Source: Candidatus Zixiibacteriota bacterium
GTDB taxonomy: Bacteria; Zixibacteria; MSB-5A5; GN15; FEB-12
DNA length: 63,207 nt
Assembly: GCA_028715215.1 (NCBI GenBank)
Contig: JAQUSF010000003.1
Coordinates: forward strand, 1 to 63,207
Reading direction: 5' to 3'
This document shows positions 27,716-37,648 of the stretch, piece by piece. Within the stretch, counting starts at the first letter, position 1, and every line of letters starts with the position of its first letter. The notes beneath the pieces were generated by a model that searched no databases, was not told the DNA's origin, and was given only the letters and a program-made list of their open reading frames with translations. Position numbers and translations under genes: made by a program.

Positions 27716-28807
27716 TTATATCCAGCGTTTGCGTTTGAAAAAAAATAACAACCCACCGCCGATAAGCAAAGCCACCCCCCAGAATAAAATATAACCGTAC
27801 GGGAATCCGAGTTCCGGCATATTGAAAGGTCCGGCCGAGGGGTCGAAATTCATGCCGTAAACCCCGGCCAGAAAACCCAGGGGGATGAAGATGGTGGCTA
27901 TAATGGTCAGCACTTTCATGACTTCGTTCATTTTGTTGCTTACGCTGGAAAGATATATATCCAGAAGCCCGGAAACCATGTCGCGAAAAGTATCCACGGT
28001 ATCGATTATCTGGACAGCATGTTCGTACAGGTCTCGAAGATATATTCGGGTGGTTTCGTGGAAAAGCGGCGTTTCCAGTCTTTCCATGCCGCCGATAACT
28101 TCTCTCAGGGGCCACACGGCCCGGCGCATATTCACCAGTTTGCGCTTCAGTTCGTGAATTACCTCGAGATTTTCGGGTACGGGATTGTTGACCATCATGT
28201 CTTCAATATGTTCAATCTTTTCACCCAGGTTTTCCATTACCAGGTAATAACCGTCAACCACGGCATCCACCAGGGCATAAGCGAGATAATCAGTATTCAT
28301 AAACCGTACCCGGGGTCTGGTTTTTTTGATTCTCTCGCGTACCGGGTCGAAAACATCGCCCTCTTTTTCCTGGAAGGTGATAACGTAGTTACGACCGCAG
28401 ACAACGCCGACCTGCTCGATGACGAGCTGACCGGTGTCGGCGCTGTGGTAAAGCATCTTGAGAATGATGAAAATATAATTCTCGGTCAGTTCCATTTTGG
28501 GGCGATGCCCGGTGTTGGCAATATCCTCCAGGGTCAGGGGATGGATATCGAAATGCCGGCCGATTTTTTCCAGAACCGTGACTTCGTGCAAACCGCATAT
28601 GTTTATCCAGGTAACGGTGGTAGTATCTTTATACGGAAAACAGGCTTCGATATCTGTCACCTCCTTCTCCCATAGTTCGGTGGGGCTGTAATCGATAACG
28701 GTGATTTTTACTTTCTCCGTTCTCTTTTCCCCGATATAGATAACCGAGCCCGGTTCAAGACCTCTTTTTTTGGAAATCTTATGATGCGGTTTTGCCATTT
28801 GCACCAA
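27716..28807 (-). CDS. corA: CorA-family magnesium/cobalt transporter
   Basis: YGMNF (GMN motif) lies between two C-terminal TM helices, and the cytoplasmic domain is CorA-like. Confidence 0.9.
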   Translation of the reverse strand: MVQMAKPHHKISKKRGLEPGSVIYIGEKRTEKVKITVIDYSPTELWEKEVTDIEACFPYKDTTTVTWINICGLHEVTVLEKIGRHFDIHPLTLEDIANTGHRPKMELTENYIFIILKMLYHSADTGQLVIEQVGVVCGRNYVITFQEKEGDVFDPVRERIKKTRPRVRFMNTDYLAYALVDAVVDGYYLVMENLGEKIEHIEDMMVNNPVPENLEVIHELKRKLVNMRRAVWPLREVIGGMERLETPLFHETTRIYLRDLYEHAVQIIDTVDTFRDMVSGLLDIYLSSVSNKMNEVMKVLTIIATIFIPLGFLAGVYGMNFDPSAGPFNMPELGFPYGYILFWGVALLIGGGLLFFFKRKRWI

Positions 28808-28855
28808 CCTTTCAAAAAGGTTATAAAAGAATAATGATGGGCTAACGTATTTTTT

Positions 28856-28884
28856 ATGATAAATGACCCGTATGGATATGTCAA
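28856..28884 (-). promoter_or_regulatory. sigma-70-like promoter TTGACA-N17-TATCAT upstream of corA
   Basis: The hexamers were read on the minus strand. The -10 element lies about 49 nt upstream of the corA ATG. Confidence 0.4.
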
Positions 28885-29141
28885 GGTCTTATGAAACCGG
28901 CGAGGAGATGCACCTGACAGGTTTATTTTTATACCAGGAAAATCAAATGTTATCCTGGTCTTTAGGAACTGTTCATTAAGGGAGACTAAATTTGATGAGT
29001 TATACAATTTGGTGATTAAACGTATCGATATTTTTTTATCACGGGCCTGCACTGGTAAATCTTTGGACGGCATGCCAGGTTATCATGCATAGGATAGTCA
29101 GGCTGTTATATACCCTCAGGTGAAAAGTAGGGGGGCGGTAA

Positions 29142-29597
29142 TTATTGATTGACCCATTTAAGCCTTGGACCGCATTGTTCAAAACCGTTTTTCTCGTAGA
29201 ATTTCAGGGTTCTTTCCCACTGTGGCAAAGAAGGGGCGCCGACTTCAAGCCGGGGCCATTTTTTTGTCCGGGCGATATGATAAGCTTTTTCCAGAAGTTC
29301 TTTTCCGTAACCTTTGCTTCGAAACTCAGGTTCGATATAAAACTCCTGGATGATGCCGTATTCACCTTCGGTACGGATGGCTTTACAGGGGCTGATGGTT
29401 ATTAAACCGATGTCACTTCCTTCTGTTGTCAATAGCAAGGCGATAACCTGTTTGTTTTTCAGGAAGGTTTTCGTTTTGTCTATCAGGGCGGTTTCATCCA
29501 TCGTTACGGAATGACCTCTGAGTTCGGCAAGAAGTTTATTGACCAGTTTCATGACGATGGGAGCGTCTTGTCTGACAGCGTAACGAATTCGGGGCAT
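29142..29597 (-). CDS. GNAT-family N-acetyltransferase
   Basis: 151 aa. The acetyl-CoA motif-A-like segment is QEFYIEPEFRSKGYGKELLEKA. Confidence 0.8.
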   Translation of the reverse strand: MPRIRYAVRQDAPIVMKLVNKLLAELRGHSVTMDETALIDKTKTFLKNKQVIALLLTTEGSDIGLITISPCKAIRTEGEYGIIQEFYIEPEFRSKGYGKELLEKAYHIARTKKWPRLEVGAPSLPQWERTLKFYEKNGFEQCGPRLKWVNQ

Positions 29598-29598
29598 A

Positions 29599-30699
29599 TT
29601 ATTTCCCCCCGGTCATTTTTTCAATTTCATCAAGAAGGGTCTGTTCCAATTTGTCCTCGGTGATTTTTTTGATTTTTTCTCCTTTTTTAATCAGGTAACC
29701 GCCGTCTTTTCCCCCGGTGATACCGATATCAGCCGCCGCCGCTTCGCCCGGACCATTTACTTCGCAGCCCATCACGGCGACTTTGAGCGGGGTTTTGATA
29801 TGACGGGTCCTGGCGGTGATGCGCTCGGCTAAATCGATGAGGTTTATGCGACACCGGCCGCAGGTGGGGCAGGCAATGACCTCCACGCCTTCCTTTTTCA
29901 ACTGGCAGGCTTTGAGAATTTCCTTCGCCACCCTTATCTCTTTTACCGGGTCTGCGGTCAGGGATACCCTGATGGTATCCCCGATACCGGTTAAAAGCAG
30001 GGCACCGATACCAACGGCCGATTTAATCGTACCGGTTTCGATTATGCCGGCTTCCGTGATACCAATATGCAGAGGATAGTCACATTTTTGCGCCAGCAGG
30101 TGATTGGCCCGGAAAGTGGTGGTGGTACTGGTGGCTTTTAGTGAAATAATGATATCGCTGAAGGCCATATCCTCAAGGATACGGCTTTCCCGGAGAGCGG
30201 CTTCCACGTAAGCTTCAGGGTTGTCATGACCGTATTTCTCGAGAATATCCCTGGGCAGGGAACCGGAATTAAGACCGATGCGAATGGGAATCCCGGCCTC
30301 TTTGCAGGCCCGGGCGACTTCTTGTACCTTCCAGGTTTCCCCGATATTGCCGGGATTGATTCTAATCTTGTCGAAACCGGCATCGACCGCCGCCAGGGCT
30401 AATTTGTACTGGAAATGTATATCGGCCACCAGTGGGCCGGTTACATGGCTTCGGATGGTCTTAAGCTTGCGCGCCGCCTCGTTATTGGGTACCGACAGGC
30501 GGACAATATCACAACCGGCTTCGAACAAACACCTCACCTGTTCGATTGTCGCCTTAGTATCTTTCGTGTCGGTATTGGTCATCGACTGGATGGAAACGGG
30601 AAAGCCGCCGCCGATGATAACATTGCCGACTTTAACCGCTCTGGTTTTGCGGCGCTCAAAAGGATATTTCAATTCCACGCTATTAGCTTGACCTGTCAT
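29599..30699 (-). CDS. ispG: 4-hydroxy-3-methylbut-2-en-1-yl diphosphate synthase (MEP pathway)
   Basis: VGNVIIGGGFPVSIQSMTNTDT, KIRINPGNIG, a CPTCGRC cluster and VAVMGCEVNGPGEA. Confidence 0.95.
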   Translation of the reverse strand: MTGQANSVELKYPFERRKTRAVKVGNVIIGGGFPVSIQSMTNTDTKDTKATIEQVRCLFEAGCDIVRLSVPNNEAARKLKTIRSHVTGPLVADIHFQYKLALAAVDAGFDKIRINPGNIGETWKVQEVARACKEAGIPIRIGLNSGSLPRDILEKYGHDNPEAYVEAALRESRILEDMAFSDIIISLKATSTTTTFRANHLLAQKCDYPLHIGITEAGIIETGTIKSAVGIGALLLTGIGDTIRVSLTADPVKEIRVAKEILKACQLKKEGVEVIACPTCGRCRINLIDLAERITARTRHIKTPLKVAVMGCEVNGPGEAAAADIGITGGKDGGYLIKKGEKIKKITEDKLEQTLLDEIEKMTGGK

Positions 30700-30738
30700 G
30701 GTTTGAACTATAATTTATCCTTTTTACGGAATTATGCA

Positions 30739-31134
30739 ATGGTAAGTTGGTCTTATTTTATATGGGTAAAACGACTGCTCCCGCTGGTACTGGTTGCAGC
30801 CGGGGTGCTGGGTTATCTCTATTATGATAAAACCACCCATACGAAAAAACTTCTTGAGGATGAACAGAAAGCTCTGCTTACCGCCCGGATCTGGGTGGCG
30901 GGTGCTTTTTATCGTGATGAACCCGACCGGTTTGTTTCTTTCCGTGACTCTCTTTTAAAAGCCAACTATTTAACACCCGAAGACATGACCGTTTATCTGC
31001 AAGCTTACGGCGATAAGACCGAACAGTTTAACAACTTCACCTGGCTGGTGCAACAGTATGTGGATTCCCTGAGTAATCCCGACCTCTGGGGGACATACCC
31101 GGACTCAACGGCTGATTCCGTAAAAGTACCTTGA
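30739..31134 (+). CDS. small membrane-anchored hypothetical protein
   Basis: This is an internal ATG of track ORF 30415..31134. The part upstream of 30739 is antisense to ispG. The product has one TM helix (LLPLVLVAAGVLGYLYY) and a soluble tail. Confidence 0.45.
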   Translation: MVSWSYFIWVKRLLPLVLVAAGVLGYLYYDKTTHTKKLLEDEQKALLTARIWVAGAFYRDEPDRFVSFRDSLLKANYLTPEDMTVYLQAYGDKTEQFNNFTWLVQQYVDSLSNPDLWGTYPDSTADSVKVP

Positions 31135-31139
31135 GCCGT

Positions 31140-31526
31140 TCATTCACATTCGAAAGCGTTGGGATAATGTTCCAGCCGGCCGTTGACGAACGTCACCACA
31201 TCGAACCTTAAGTCAGTATTTTCAATCCTATTTTCGGCCAGGTATTGTCGGGCGGCCCGGGTTAGATTCTCAATTTTCTTTTTATCTACCCGCTGGGCAG
31301 GGTGACCGAAGGTTGTCGTTCTGGCTGATTTGACCTCGACAAACACCATCAGGTTATGCTTGCGAACAATCAGGTCGATTTCTTTGTGGGCGGCCTGCCA
31401 GTTCCGGGCGACTGTTTCGAAACCCAGTTGCTTATAAAAAAGGGCGGCCTTTTTTTCGTATTGCCGCCCCGATGAGACCGTAGTTTTTTTGCTCGCGCTT
31501 GTCTTCTTAGAAGAAGGCATATTCAT
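31140..31526 (-). CDS. yraN: YraN/UPF0102-family endonuclease-like protein
   Basis: GE/KEIDLIV...VFVEVKSAR is a PD-(D/E)xK-like motif. It has the conserved pairing with rnhB. Confidence 0.8.
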   Translation of the reverse strand: MNMPSSKKTSASKKTTVSSGRQYEKKAALFYKQLGFETVARNWQAAHKEIDLIVRKHNLMVFVEVKSARTTTFGHPAQRVDKKKIENLTRAARQYLAENRIENTDLRFDVVTFVNGRLEHYPNAFECE

Positions 31527-32157
31527 CGATTATCTTTGCTACCGGTTTGAAAGTACGGCGGTGAATTTCACAGGGACCGTGTTCTTTTAATTCCGCCAGA
31601 TGGACGGCGGTGGGGTAGCCTTTATGGGTGGCAAATGAAAAGGAAGGATACAGGGCTTCGTAACGGTCCATTATCCGGTCACGAGTGACCTTGGCCACGA
31701 TGGAGGCGGCGGCGATGGACAGACAGCGGCTGTCGCCGCCTATTATGGCGAATTGGGGCTGGGGAATATTAGGGACCGGGTAGTTACCGTCCACCAGGAC
31801 AAAATCAGCCGGCGGTTTCAAATCACAGACGGCTTTTCTCATGGCCAGTAGCGAGGCTTTAAGGATATTCATCCGGTCGATATCAAAATTATCGATAATG
31901 CCGATGGAGCAGGTCAGGCCGAGATTTATGATATCTTCAAAAACCCGCTCCCGCCGTAAGGGAGTCAGTTTTTTCGAATCATCAAGACCTTCGATTTTAA
32001 GACCGACGGGGATAATAACTGCCGCCGCCACCACCGGCCCGGCCAGCGGTCCCCGGCCGACTTCGTCAACCCCGCAAATATTCCGGTAACCTTTTTCAAA
32101 AAGTGCTTTTTCGATTTCGGAAAAGTCAAGCATCATGTCATCGTTTTCCTTAAACAA
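31507..32157 (-). CDS. rnhB: ribonuclease HII
   Basis: CGVDEVGRGPLAGPVVAAAV, DSKKL and ASIVAKVTRD. Confidence 0.9.
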   Translation of the reverse strand: MFKENDDMMLDFSEIEKALFEKGYRNICGVDEVGRGPLAGPVVAAAVIIPVGLKIEGLDDSKKLTPLRRERVFEDIINLGLTCSIGIIDNFDIDRMNILKASLLAMRKAVCDLKPPADFVLVDGNYPVPNIPQPQFAIIGGDSRCLSIAAASIVAKVTRDRIMDRYEALYPSFSFATHKGYPTAVHLAELKEHGPCEIHRRTFKPVAKIIDEYAFF

Positions 32158-32306
32158 TTTCCCTCGCTCCTTTGATAATATAATTGACCGGGCTTATCAA
32201 CAAATATATTTACTCCATTTATAATGTATCGACGGACTAAAAAGCTTTTCTTAGAAGGATTTTAAGCATATTATTGGGATTCGTGAGCAAAAAATGAACA
32301 GCTTTT

Positions 32307-32885
32307 ATGGTATCTGGAAGAAATAAGAATTTCGCGTTTACGGTTATAGCCGGTTCTTTGAAAGGCCGGAAGATAATCGCTCCTGACCTGGGGATAACCC
32401 GCCCGCCGTTGACCCGGCTACGAAAAGCCATTTTTGATTTTCTGATGCCGTACCTTCCCCGGGCTCATTACCTCGACCTTTTCAGCGGCAGCGGTTCGTA
32501 TTTGTTCGAAGCGGTTTCTCGCGGGATTTCTCAAGCGATTGGAGTGGAACACGATAAACAACTGGTTAAAGCTATTAACGACCAGGCGGAGAAGTTTCAG
32601 GTTGCTGATAAATTGCATTGTCTCGAAGGAGATGTATTTAAAGTAATACCCCAACTAGCCCGACAGGGAAAAGCCTTTGATATCATTATGATTGCCCCAC
32701 CCCAATATATGGGCTTTGTCGATAAAACGCTTAATTCTTTAAAAGACCATGACATTCTCAGTAAAACCAGCCTGATTATCTGCCAGCATGACACCTCGGA
32801 AACAAAAAAAATAGATTTTAGCGGTTTTTCTGTTAATCAACACCGTAAATACGGCAATACTACTTTTACCATCTTGAAATCCTGA
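32307..32885 (+). CDS. rsmD: 16S rRNA (guanine966-N2)-methyltransferase RsmD-like
   Basis: IAGSLKGRKI..P....TRP...LRKAIF, LDLFSGSGSYLFEAVSRG and the IAPPQY motif. Confidence 0.8.
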   Translation: MVSGRNKNFAFTVIAGSLKGRKIIAPDLGITRPPLTRLRKAIFDFLMPYLPRAHYLDLFSGSGSYLFEAVSRGISQAIGVEHDKQLVKAINDQAEKFQVADKLHCLEGDVFKVIPQLARQGKAFDIIMIAPPQYMGFVDKTLNSLKDHDILSKTSLIICQHDTSETKKIDFSGFSVNQHRKYGNTTFTILKS

Positions 32886-33069
32886 TGATATTATCACATA
32901 CGGATTTGCAAGAAATTATCAAGAAATGTAACTATATTAACATAAGAATATAAAATTAAACATTTGAAATAATAGTTCGTTTATAGCTAAGTGAATAAGT
33001 AGTAAGGTGTTATTGTCGAGTTTGAAATAAATCAGACAAAAATATAAACAAATAATTTTGGAGTATAAA

Positions 33070-35268
33070 ATGAACTATGTAAAAAGTCAGGTTGTTCTTT
33101 GGGGAGTTATTTTTTTATTGATAGCTTCTAATGCGTTGACTGGAGAAATCGACGACGCAATCAATGGTGGTGATTTGGCGCGAGTGAAGAACTTGTTGAA
33201 TCAGGATCCATCATTGTTGAATGTTAAATTCAGCAGCGGCTTAACGCCCTTGAACCTGGCGTCTTATAGGGGAAAAACTGACATTGTCGAGGCGCTACTG
33301 GATATGGGGGCGGACATGAATATCGGTGACAATGAAAACAGCAAGCCCATGCATAACGCCGCGGTAGGCGGTCATTTACCGGTAATTGAATTGTTGCTGG
33401 CCCGGGGAGCTGATATCGATAACAGGGATGACAATGGTATCACTCCATTTCTTTTTGCCTGCAATTACCGCCAGCTTGAAACAGCTCGATATCTTATTGA
33501 AAAAGGTGCCGATTTCAAGGCTACCAACAACCGCGGCTGGTCGGCATTATTGTATGCCGTAATGGGTGGTAATGTTGAACTTGTAAAACTGTTGCTCGAG
33601 AAAAAAGTCGATGTCAATCAGAAATCACTTGACGAGGGTACAACCCCTCTGTTCTATGCCGTCTGGTTCGGGCGGGATGATATTTTCAGGCTTTTAATCG
33701 CTCACGGTGCCCGTATAAATATGAAAAATAATGATGGAGATTCGCCTCTTTTCTGGGCTATGAATGACAACTGTATTGAAGAAGCGAAGCTTCTGGTAGA
33801 AAAAGGGGTCAGGGTCAACGAACGCAATAATTACGGCATTACCGTATTACACAATGTCGCCTGTCGCGGTACTGTTTCCATCGCGCAGTTTCTTCTTGAA
33901 CAGGGAGCCGACATCAATGCCACCGCCGACCATGGAGAAACACCCCTGACATTGGCTGCCAGCGAAAATGCCGATATGGTTAAATTCCTTATTATGAACG
34001 GAGCTGAGGTAAATCCGCCCAAATATAAAGACCAGGTTACCGGTTGTTTCATGTCACCGATGATGCCCGTTCACGGTGCGATATGGTCCGGGAAACTTGA
34101 TATCCTGAAAATTCTGGTGGAGAATGGTGCCAGAATAAATGTCTTGGACAGGAATGGTTTTTCACCATTACACCATGCCATAATTCAGAAAAATAACGAT
34201 ATTGTCAAATATCTGCTGGCTCATGGGGCTTTTTTGAATGTCAGGGATGAAAAATACGGCTGCACGGAACTGCACATCGCCGCCGTCAATGGCAACCGTG
34301 AACTGGTGGAGTTGCTAATAAATGAGGGTTCGAGATTTGATATCGCTGATAACCTGGGGAAAACTCCTGCCGATTACGCTTTCGAATACGGTTTTGATAA
34401 AATCGGATATTACCTGCTGGCGGCCGGGGCGGACAAAAGTAAAGTAAAAGAATATATCGACGTCCCGGACTATCTTGCCAGAGAACTTCAGCTTAAAGAA
34501 GCTGTTGTCTGGCACCTGGGACACAGCGGCTGGGCTGTTAAAACCCGGAATCATTTTTTGATTTTTGATTATTGGCTGCGTCCCGATAAACCCGTGCCTG
34601 AACAGGCTTCGCTGACCGGCGGCTACATTGTCCCCGCCGAACTGAAAGATTTTAATGTCGATGTATTTGTTTCCCATGGTCATAATGACCATTACCACAA
34701 TAATATTTTCTTCTGGAAAGACACCATTGCGCATATCAATTATATTATGGGTTTCAATCCGACGGGGATTGAAGATGAATACACCCTGATTAATCCGCGT
34801 GAAGAGAAAACCGTAAACGATATTAAAGTCTCAACTTTAAGGTCAACTGATGCCGGAGTAGCCTTCCTTCTGGAAGTGGACGGCCTGACGATTTTCCATG
34901 CCGGTGACCATGCCAATGGCAATAGCGACCTGTCCGGGGCTTTCCCGCTGGAAATCGATTACCTGGCGGCCAAAGGTAAAACCATCGACCTGGCCTTTTT
35001 CGGTATTACCGGGTGTAACCTGGGTAGTCCGGAATCAGTTAAAGCCGGTATCTATTATGCAGTGGATAAACTCAAGCCCGTGGTATTATTGCCCATGCAT
35101 GGCGGGGATGCTTTCTATAGTTATAAAGAGTTCGCCGACGAATTCGAACAAAAAATATTATCCACCCGGATTGTATATCCGATGGCGCGGGGCGACCGGT
35201 TTATATATAAAGACGGTCGGATACTGGAACATTTCACCGATGAGGTGCGGGCAAACACCGATGAATAA
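33070..35268 (+). CDS. secreted ankyrin-repeat protein fused to a C-terminal MBL-fold metallo-hydrolase domain
   Basis: The track start is TTG at 33058. The ATG at 33070, preceded by GGAG, is preferred. After the signal peptide come about 12 ANK repeats (G.TPL..A...G....V..LL..GA.). The C-terminal domain has WHLGHSGW, VSHGHNDHY (HxHxDH), HAGDH and PMHGGD. Confidence 0.85.
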   Translation: MNYVKSQVVLWGVIFLLIASNALTGEIDDAINGGDLARVKNLLNQDPSLLNVKFSSGLTPLNLASYRGKTDIVEALLDMGADMNIGDNENSKPMHNAAVGGHLPVIELLLARGADIDNRDDNGITPFLFACNYRQLETARYLIEKGADFKATNNRGWSALLYAVMGGNVELVKLLLEKKVDVNQKSLDEGTTPLFYAVWFGRDDIFRLLIAHGARINMKNNDGDSPLFWAMNDNCIEEAKLLVEKGVRVNERNNYGITVLHNVACRGTVSIAQFLLEQGADINATADHGETPLTLAASENADMVKFLIMNGAEVNPPKYKDQVTGCFMSPMMPVHGAIWSGKLDILKILVENGARINVLDRNGFSPLHHAIIQKNNDIVKYLLAHGAFLNVRDEKYGCTELHIAAVNGNRELVELLINEGSRFDIADNLGKTPADYAFEYGFDKIGYYLLAAGADKSKVKEYIDVPDYLARELQLKEAVVWHLGHSGWAVKTRNHFLIFDYWLRPDKPVPEQASLTGGYIVPAELKDFNVDVFVSHGHNDHYHNNIFFWKDTIAHINYIMGFNPTGIEDEYTLINPREEKTVNDIKVSTLRSTDAGVAFLLEVDGLTIFHAGDHANGNSDLSGAFPLEIDYLAAKGKTIDLAFFGITGCNLGSPESVKAGIYYAVDKLKPVVLLPMHGGDAFYSYKEFADEFEQKILSTRIVYPMARGDRFIYKDGRILEHFTDEVRANTDE

Positions 35269-35390
35269 CCGTCAACGGCGTTAAATACTTTATGTATCGG
35301 AAGGCGCTGCTTGACCGGGCTGTACTCTTATGCGCCGGGTTTAATAAGGCATAGTGTAAATTAAGTAAGTTGAGGTGAAGGAAAAAGTTA

Positions 35391-36332
35391 ATGAAACCGA
35401 AAGTGATTGGCGCAGGAATTCTATTATGTATCATGCTGGTATCCTGTCTCAATGCGGAACCGGAAAGTATCCCGGTTTTAAAAGGCCCCTACCTGGGCCA
35501 GACACCGCCGGGGAGCGTACCCGAAATATTTGCCCCCGGAGTGGTCTCAAAAGATGGAAATCAATCCAAGCTCTTTTTGACACCTGATGGAACGGAACTC
35601 ATATTCAGTTCCATGCTTGTCGTACCCGGAAAGGAAAATAATCCGGCCGGAAGGGACATCAGTTTCATCAGTATGAAAATGGTAGATAATATTTGGGGAG
35701 AACCGGTCGTCCTTCCATTTTCGCGCGCGTTTACAAACGACGAGCCGGCTCTGTCTTATGACGGGGAAAAATTATTTTTCGTTTCCAACAGACCGAAAGG
35801 CAGTCATACGGACGCGGAGATGATGCCTGATATCTGGATGGTCGGTAAATCCGGGGGAGAATGGTCGGCCCCCATAAATGTCGGCGCTACGGTTAACACC
35901 GATGATGTGGAGGTTCAACCCTTTTACAGTACTGATGATAAACTCTATTTTAACAGGCGAGACGGTATTTATTATTCACAGTTTTCCGATGACAGGTTTT
36001 CGGCTCCGGTTAAACTTGATGAGAAGATTTTTAAGGGAAGGTTGAGCGGGCTGTGCATATCGCCCGATAATGCCGTTCTTATGGTGCATTCAAACATGGA
36101 AGGCGGTCTGGGGAGTTTTGACCTGTATGTATCTTTCAGGCATGAAACAGGCACATGGAGCAACCTGGTCAATGTCGGCGACCCCATAAATTCCAGGGAA
36201 TCGGAAGCGAACGCCACGTTCTCCCCGGATGGAAAATATGTATTTTTTTCAAGAAGCGGTGACATCTACTGGGTTTCAGCGTCAAGTCTCGAAAGGTTGA
36301 AGGAAAAGGTTTTGCTTCAGGAAAAAGATTGA
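35391..36332 (+). CDS. secreted PD40/TolB-like beta-propeller repeat protein
   Basis: Signal peptide plus repeated segments: PALSYDGEKLFFVSNR, SPDNAVLMVHSN and FSPDGKYVFFSR. Confidence 0.7.
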   Translation: MKPKVIGAGILLCIMLVSCLNAEPESIPVLKGPYLGQTPPGSVPEIFAPGVVSKDGNQSKLFLTPDGTELIFSSMLVVPGKENNPAGRDISFISMKMVDNIWGEPVVLPFSRAFTNDEPALSYDGEKLFFVSNRPKGSHTDAEMMPDIWMVGKSGGEWSAPINVGATVNTDDVEVQPFYSTDDKLYFNRRDGIYYSQFSDDRFSAPVKLDEKIFKGRLSGLCISPDNAVLMVHSNMEGGLGSFDLYVSFRHETGTWSNLVNVGDPINSRESEANATFSPDGKYVFFSRSGDIYWVSASSLERLKEKVLLQEKD

Positions 36333-36333
36333 T

Positions 36334-36365
36334 AAAAAAAACGCCCGGTAAGCCGGGCGCTTTAG
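36334..36365. terminator. bidirectional rho-independent terminator between convergent genes
   Basis: AAAAAAAA-cGCCCGG-taag-CCGGGCg-CTTT. The T-run is strong on the minus strand, downstream of rplS. Confidence 0.7.
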
Positions 36366-36382
36366 AACTGAATAAAACGTCA

Positions 36383-36853
36383 CTACTCCTTGTCCTCGAC
36401 TTTTGCTTCGGCAGAAGTTTCGGACGGTTCCGCGATTACCTCCGGCACTCTTGGTTTTTCATCGTAAGTTTCGTCACCCGAGGCGGCGTTGCTGTTTTCA
36501 CCCTTGGTTTCCGTCAGGAGTTCTTTAATACGGGCGGACTTGCCGGTCAAATCTCTTAAATAGTAGAGTTTGTTGCGCCGGACTTTACCCGTGCGGATTT
36601 TATCGATTTTGGCAATATTGGGTGAATACAGGGGGAAGACACGTTCCACGCCGATTCCGGAGGATATTTTGCGGACGGTGAACGAAGCCCCGGTACCGCT
36701 GCCGCGGCGACCGATTACGATACCCTGGAAAACCTGGATACGTTCTTTTTCACCTTCTTTGATTCTATAATGAACGCGTACGGTATCTCCGGAACTGAAG
36801 CGGGGATAATCTTCCTTCATGAAGCTCTTTTCAATTTGAGCTATCTGTTTCAT
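36383..36853 (-). CDS. rplS: 50S ribosomal protein L19 with an acidic C-terminal extension
   Basis: [29 protein letters not shown]...SFTVRK...[11 protein letters not shown]. Confidence 0.95.
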   Translation of the reverse strand: MKQIAQIEKSFMKEDYPRFSSGDTVRVHYRIKEGEKERIQVFQGIVIGRRGSGTGASFTVRKISSGIGVERVFPLYSPNIAKIDKIRTGKVRRNKLYYLRDLTGKSARIKELLTETKGENSNAASGDETYDEKPRVPEVIAEPSETSAEAKVEDKE

Positions 36854-36875
36854 GGTTCGTTCCTTTCTATGTCAA

Positions 36876-37634
36876 TCAATCTCTTTTTTCTTTTTTCAGT
36901 TTCCGGACCAGTTCCATTTCGTCCTCGCTCAAATCGGCTTTGTCAATCAGATCCGGTCTTTGTTTAAAACATATCTTCAAGGCTTCATACCGCCTGAATT
37001 TCACTATATCGGCATGATTGCCCGACAGCAATACTTCGGGCACCTTCAAACCGGCGTATTCGGCGGGTTTGGTATAACAGGGAGCGCCCAGGACCTGGTT
37101 CATGAACGAATCGTTCATAGCCGATTCGAAATTACCCATGACACCCGGTATCAGCCGGGCGACGGCATCGACAATAACCGCTCCAGCCGGTTCACCGCCG
37201 GAAAGAATATAATCGCCTATCGAGATTTCATCAATATCATAAAGAGCGGTCAGGCGCTCGTCCACGCCCAGGTAGTGGCCGCAGATGATGGTCAGCCTCT
37301 CGGCCAGGGAATATTTGACGGCCAGCTGCTCGTCGAATTTTATCCCGGTGGCCGAGGTAAGGATAATTCGTTCCCCTTCCGCCGGGAGTTTTTCCCCGCG
37401 GTGCTTATAACCGAGGGAGGTCAGGCACCGGTCGAGAGGGGCCACTTTCATGACCATTCCGCCGCCGCCGCCGTAGGGCGTATCGTCGACCGTTTTGTGA
37501 CGGTCATCGGCGAAATCTCGCAGATTAATTATTACTATTTCAAAGAGCTTTTTTTCAACCGCTTTGCCTAACAGGGACTGTTTTAAGGCCAGCTTAAAAT
37601 AATCAGGAAAAAGCGTTACAATTTCAAATTTCAT
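36876..37634 (-). CDS. trmD: tRNA (guanine37-N1)-methyltransferase
   Basis: MKFEIVTLFPDYF, DDTPYGGGGGMVMK, ICGHYLGVDERL, SIGDYILSGGE. Confidence 0.95.
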   Translation of the reverse strand: MKFEIVTLFPDYFKLALKQSLLGKAVEKKLFEIVIINLRDFADDRHKTVDDTPYGGGGGMVMKVAPLDRCLTSLGYKHRGEKLPAEGERIILTSATGIKFDEQLAVKYSLAERLTIICGHYLGVDERLTALYDIDEISIGDYILSGGEPAGAVIVDAVARLIPGVMGNFESAMNDSFMNQVLGAPCYTKPAEYAGLKVPEVLLSGNHADIVKFRRYEALKICFKQRPDLIDKADLSEDEMELVRKLKKEKRD

Positions 37635-37648
37635 TTTATAACCGGGGT

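Noticed and set aside
28808-29141. M-box (Mg2+) riboswitch in the 334-nt gap upstream of corA
   Set aside because: Short strings recalling M-box segments occur (GTCAGGTG..CTCC, GTCCAAAGA, ACGGGTCA). They are in the wrong order relative to the known motif, and the best promoter lies only ~49 nt from the ATG. Track ORF 28708..29073 in this gap overlaps the corA start and looks spurious.
30415-30738. N-terminal 108 codons of track ORF 30415..31134
   Set aside because: This part is entirely antisense to the well-supported ispG gene. The credible gene starts at the internal ATG at 30739.
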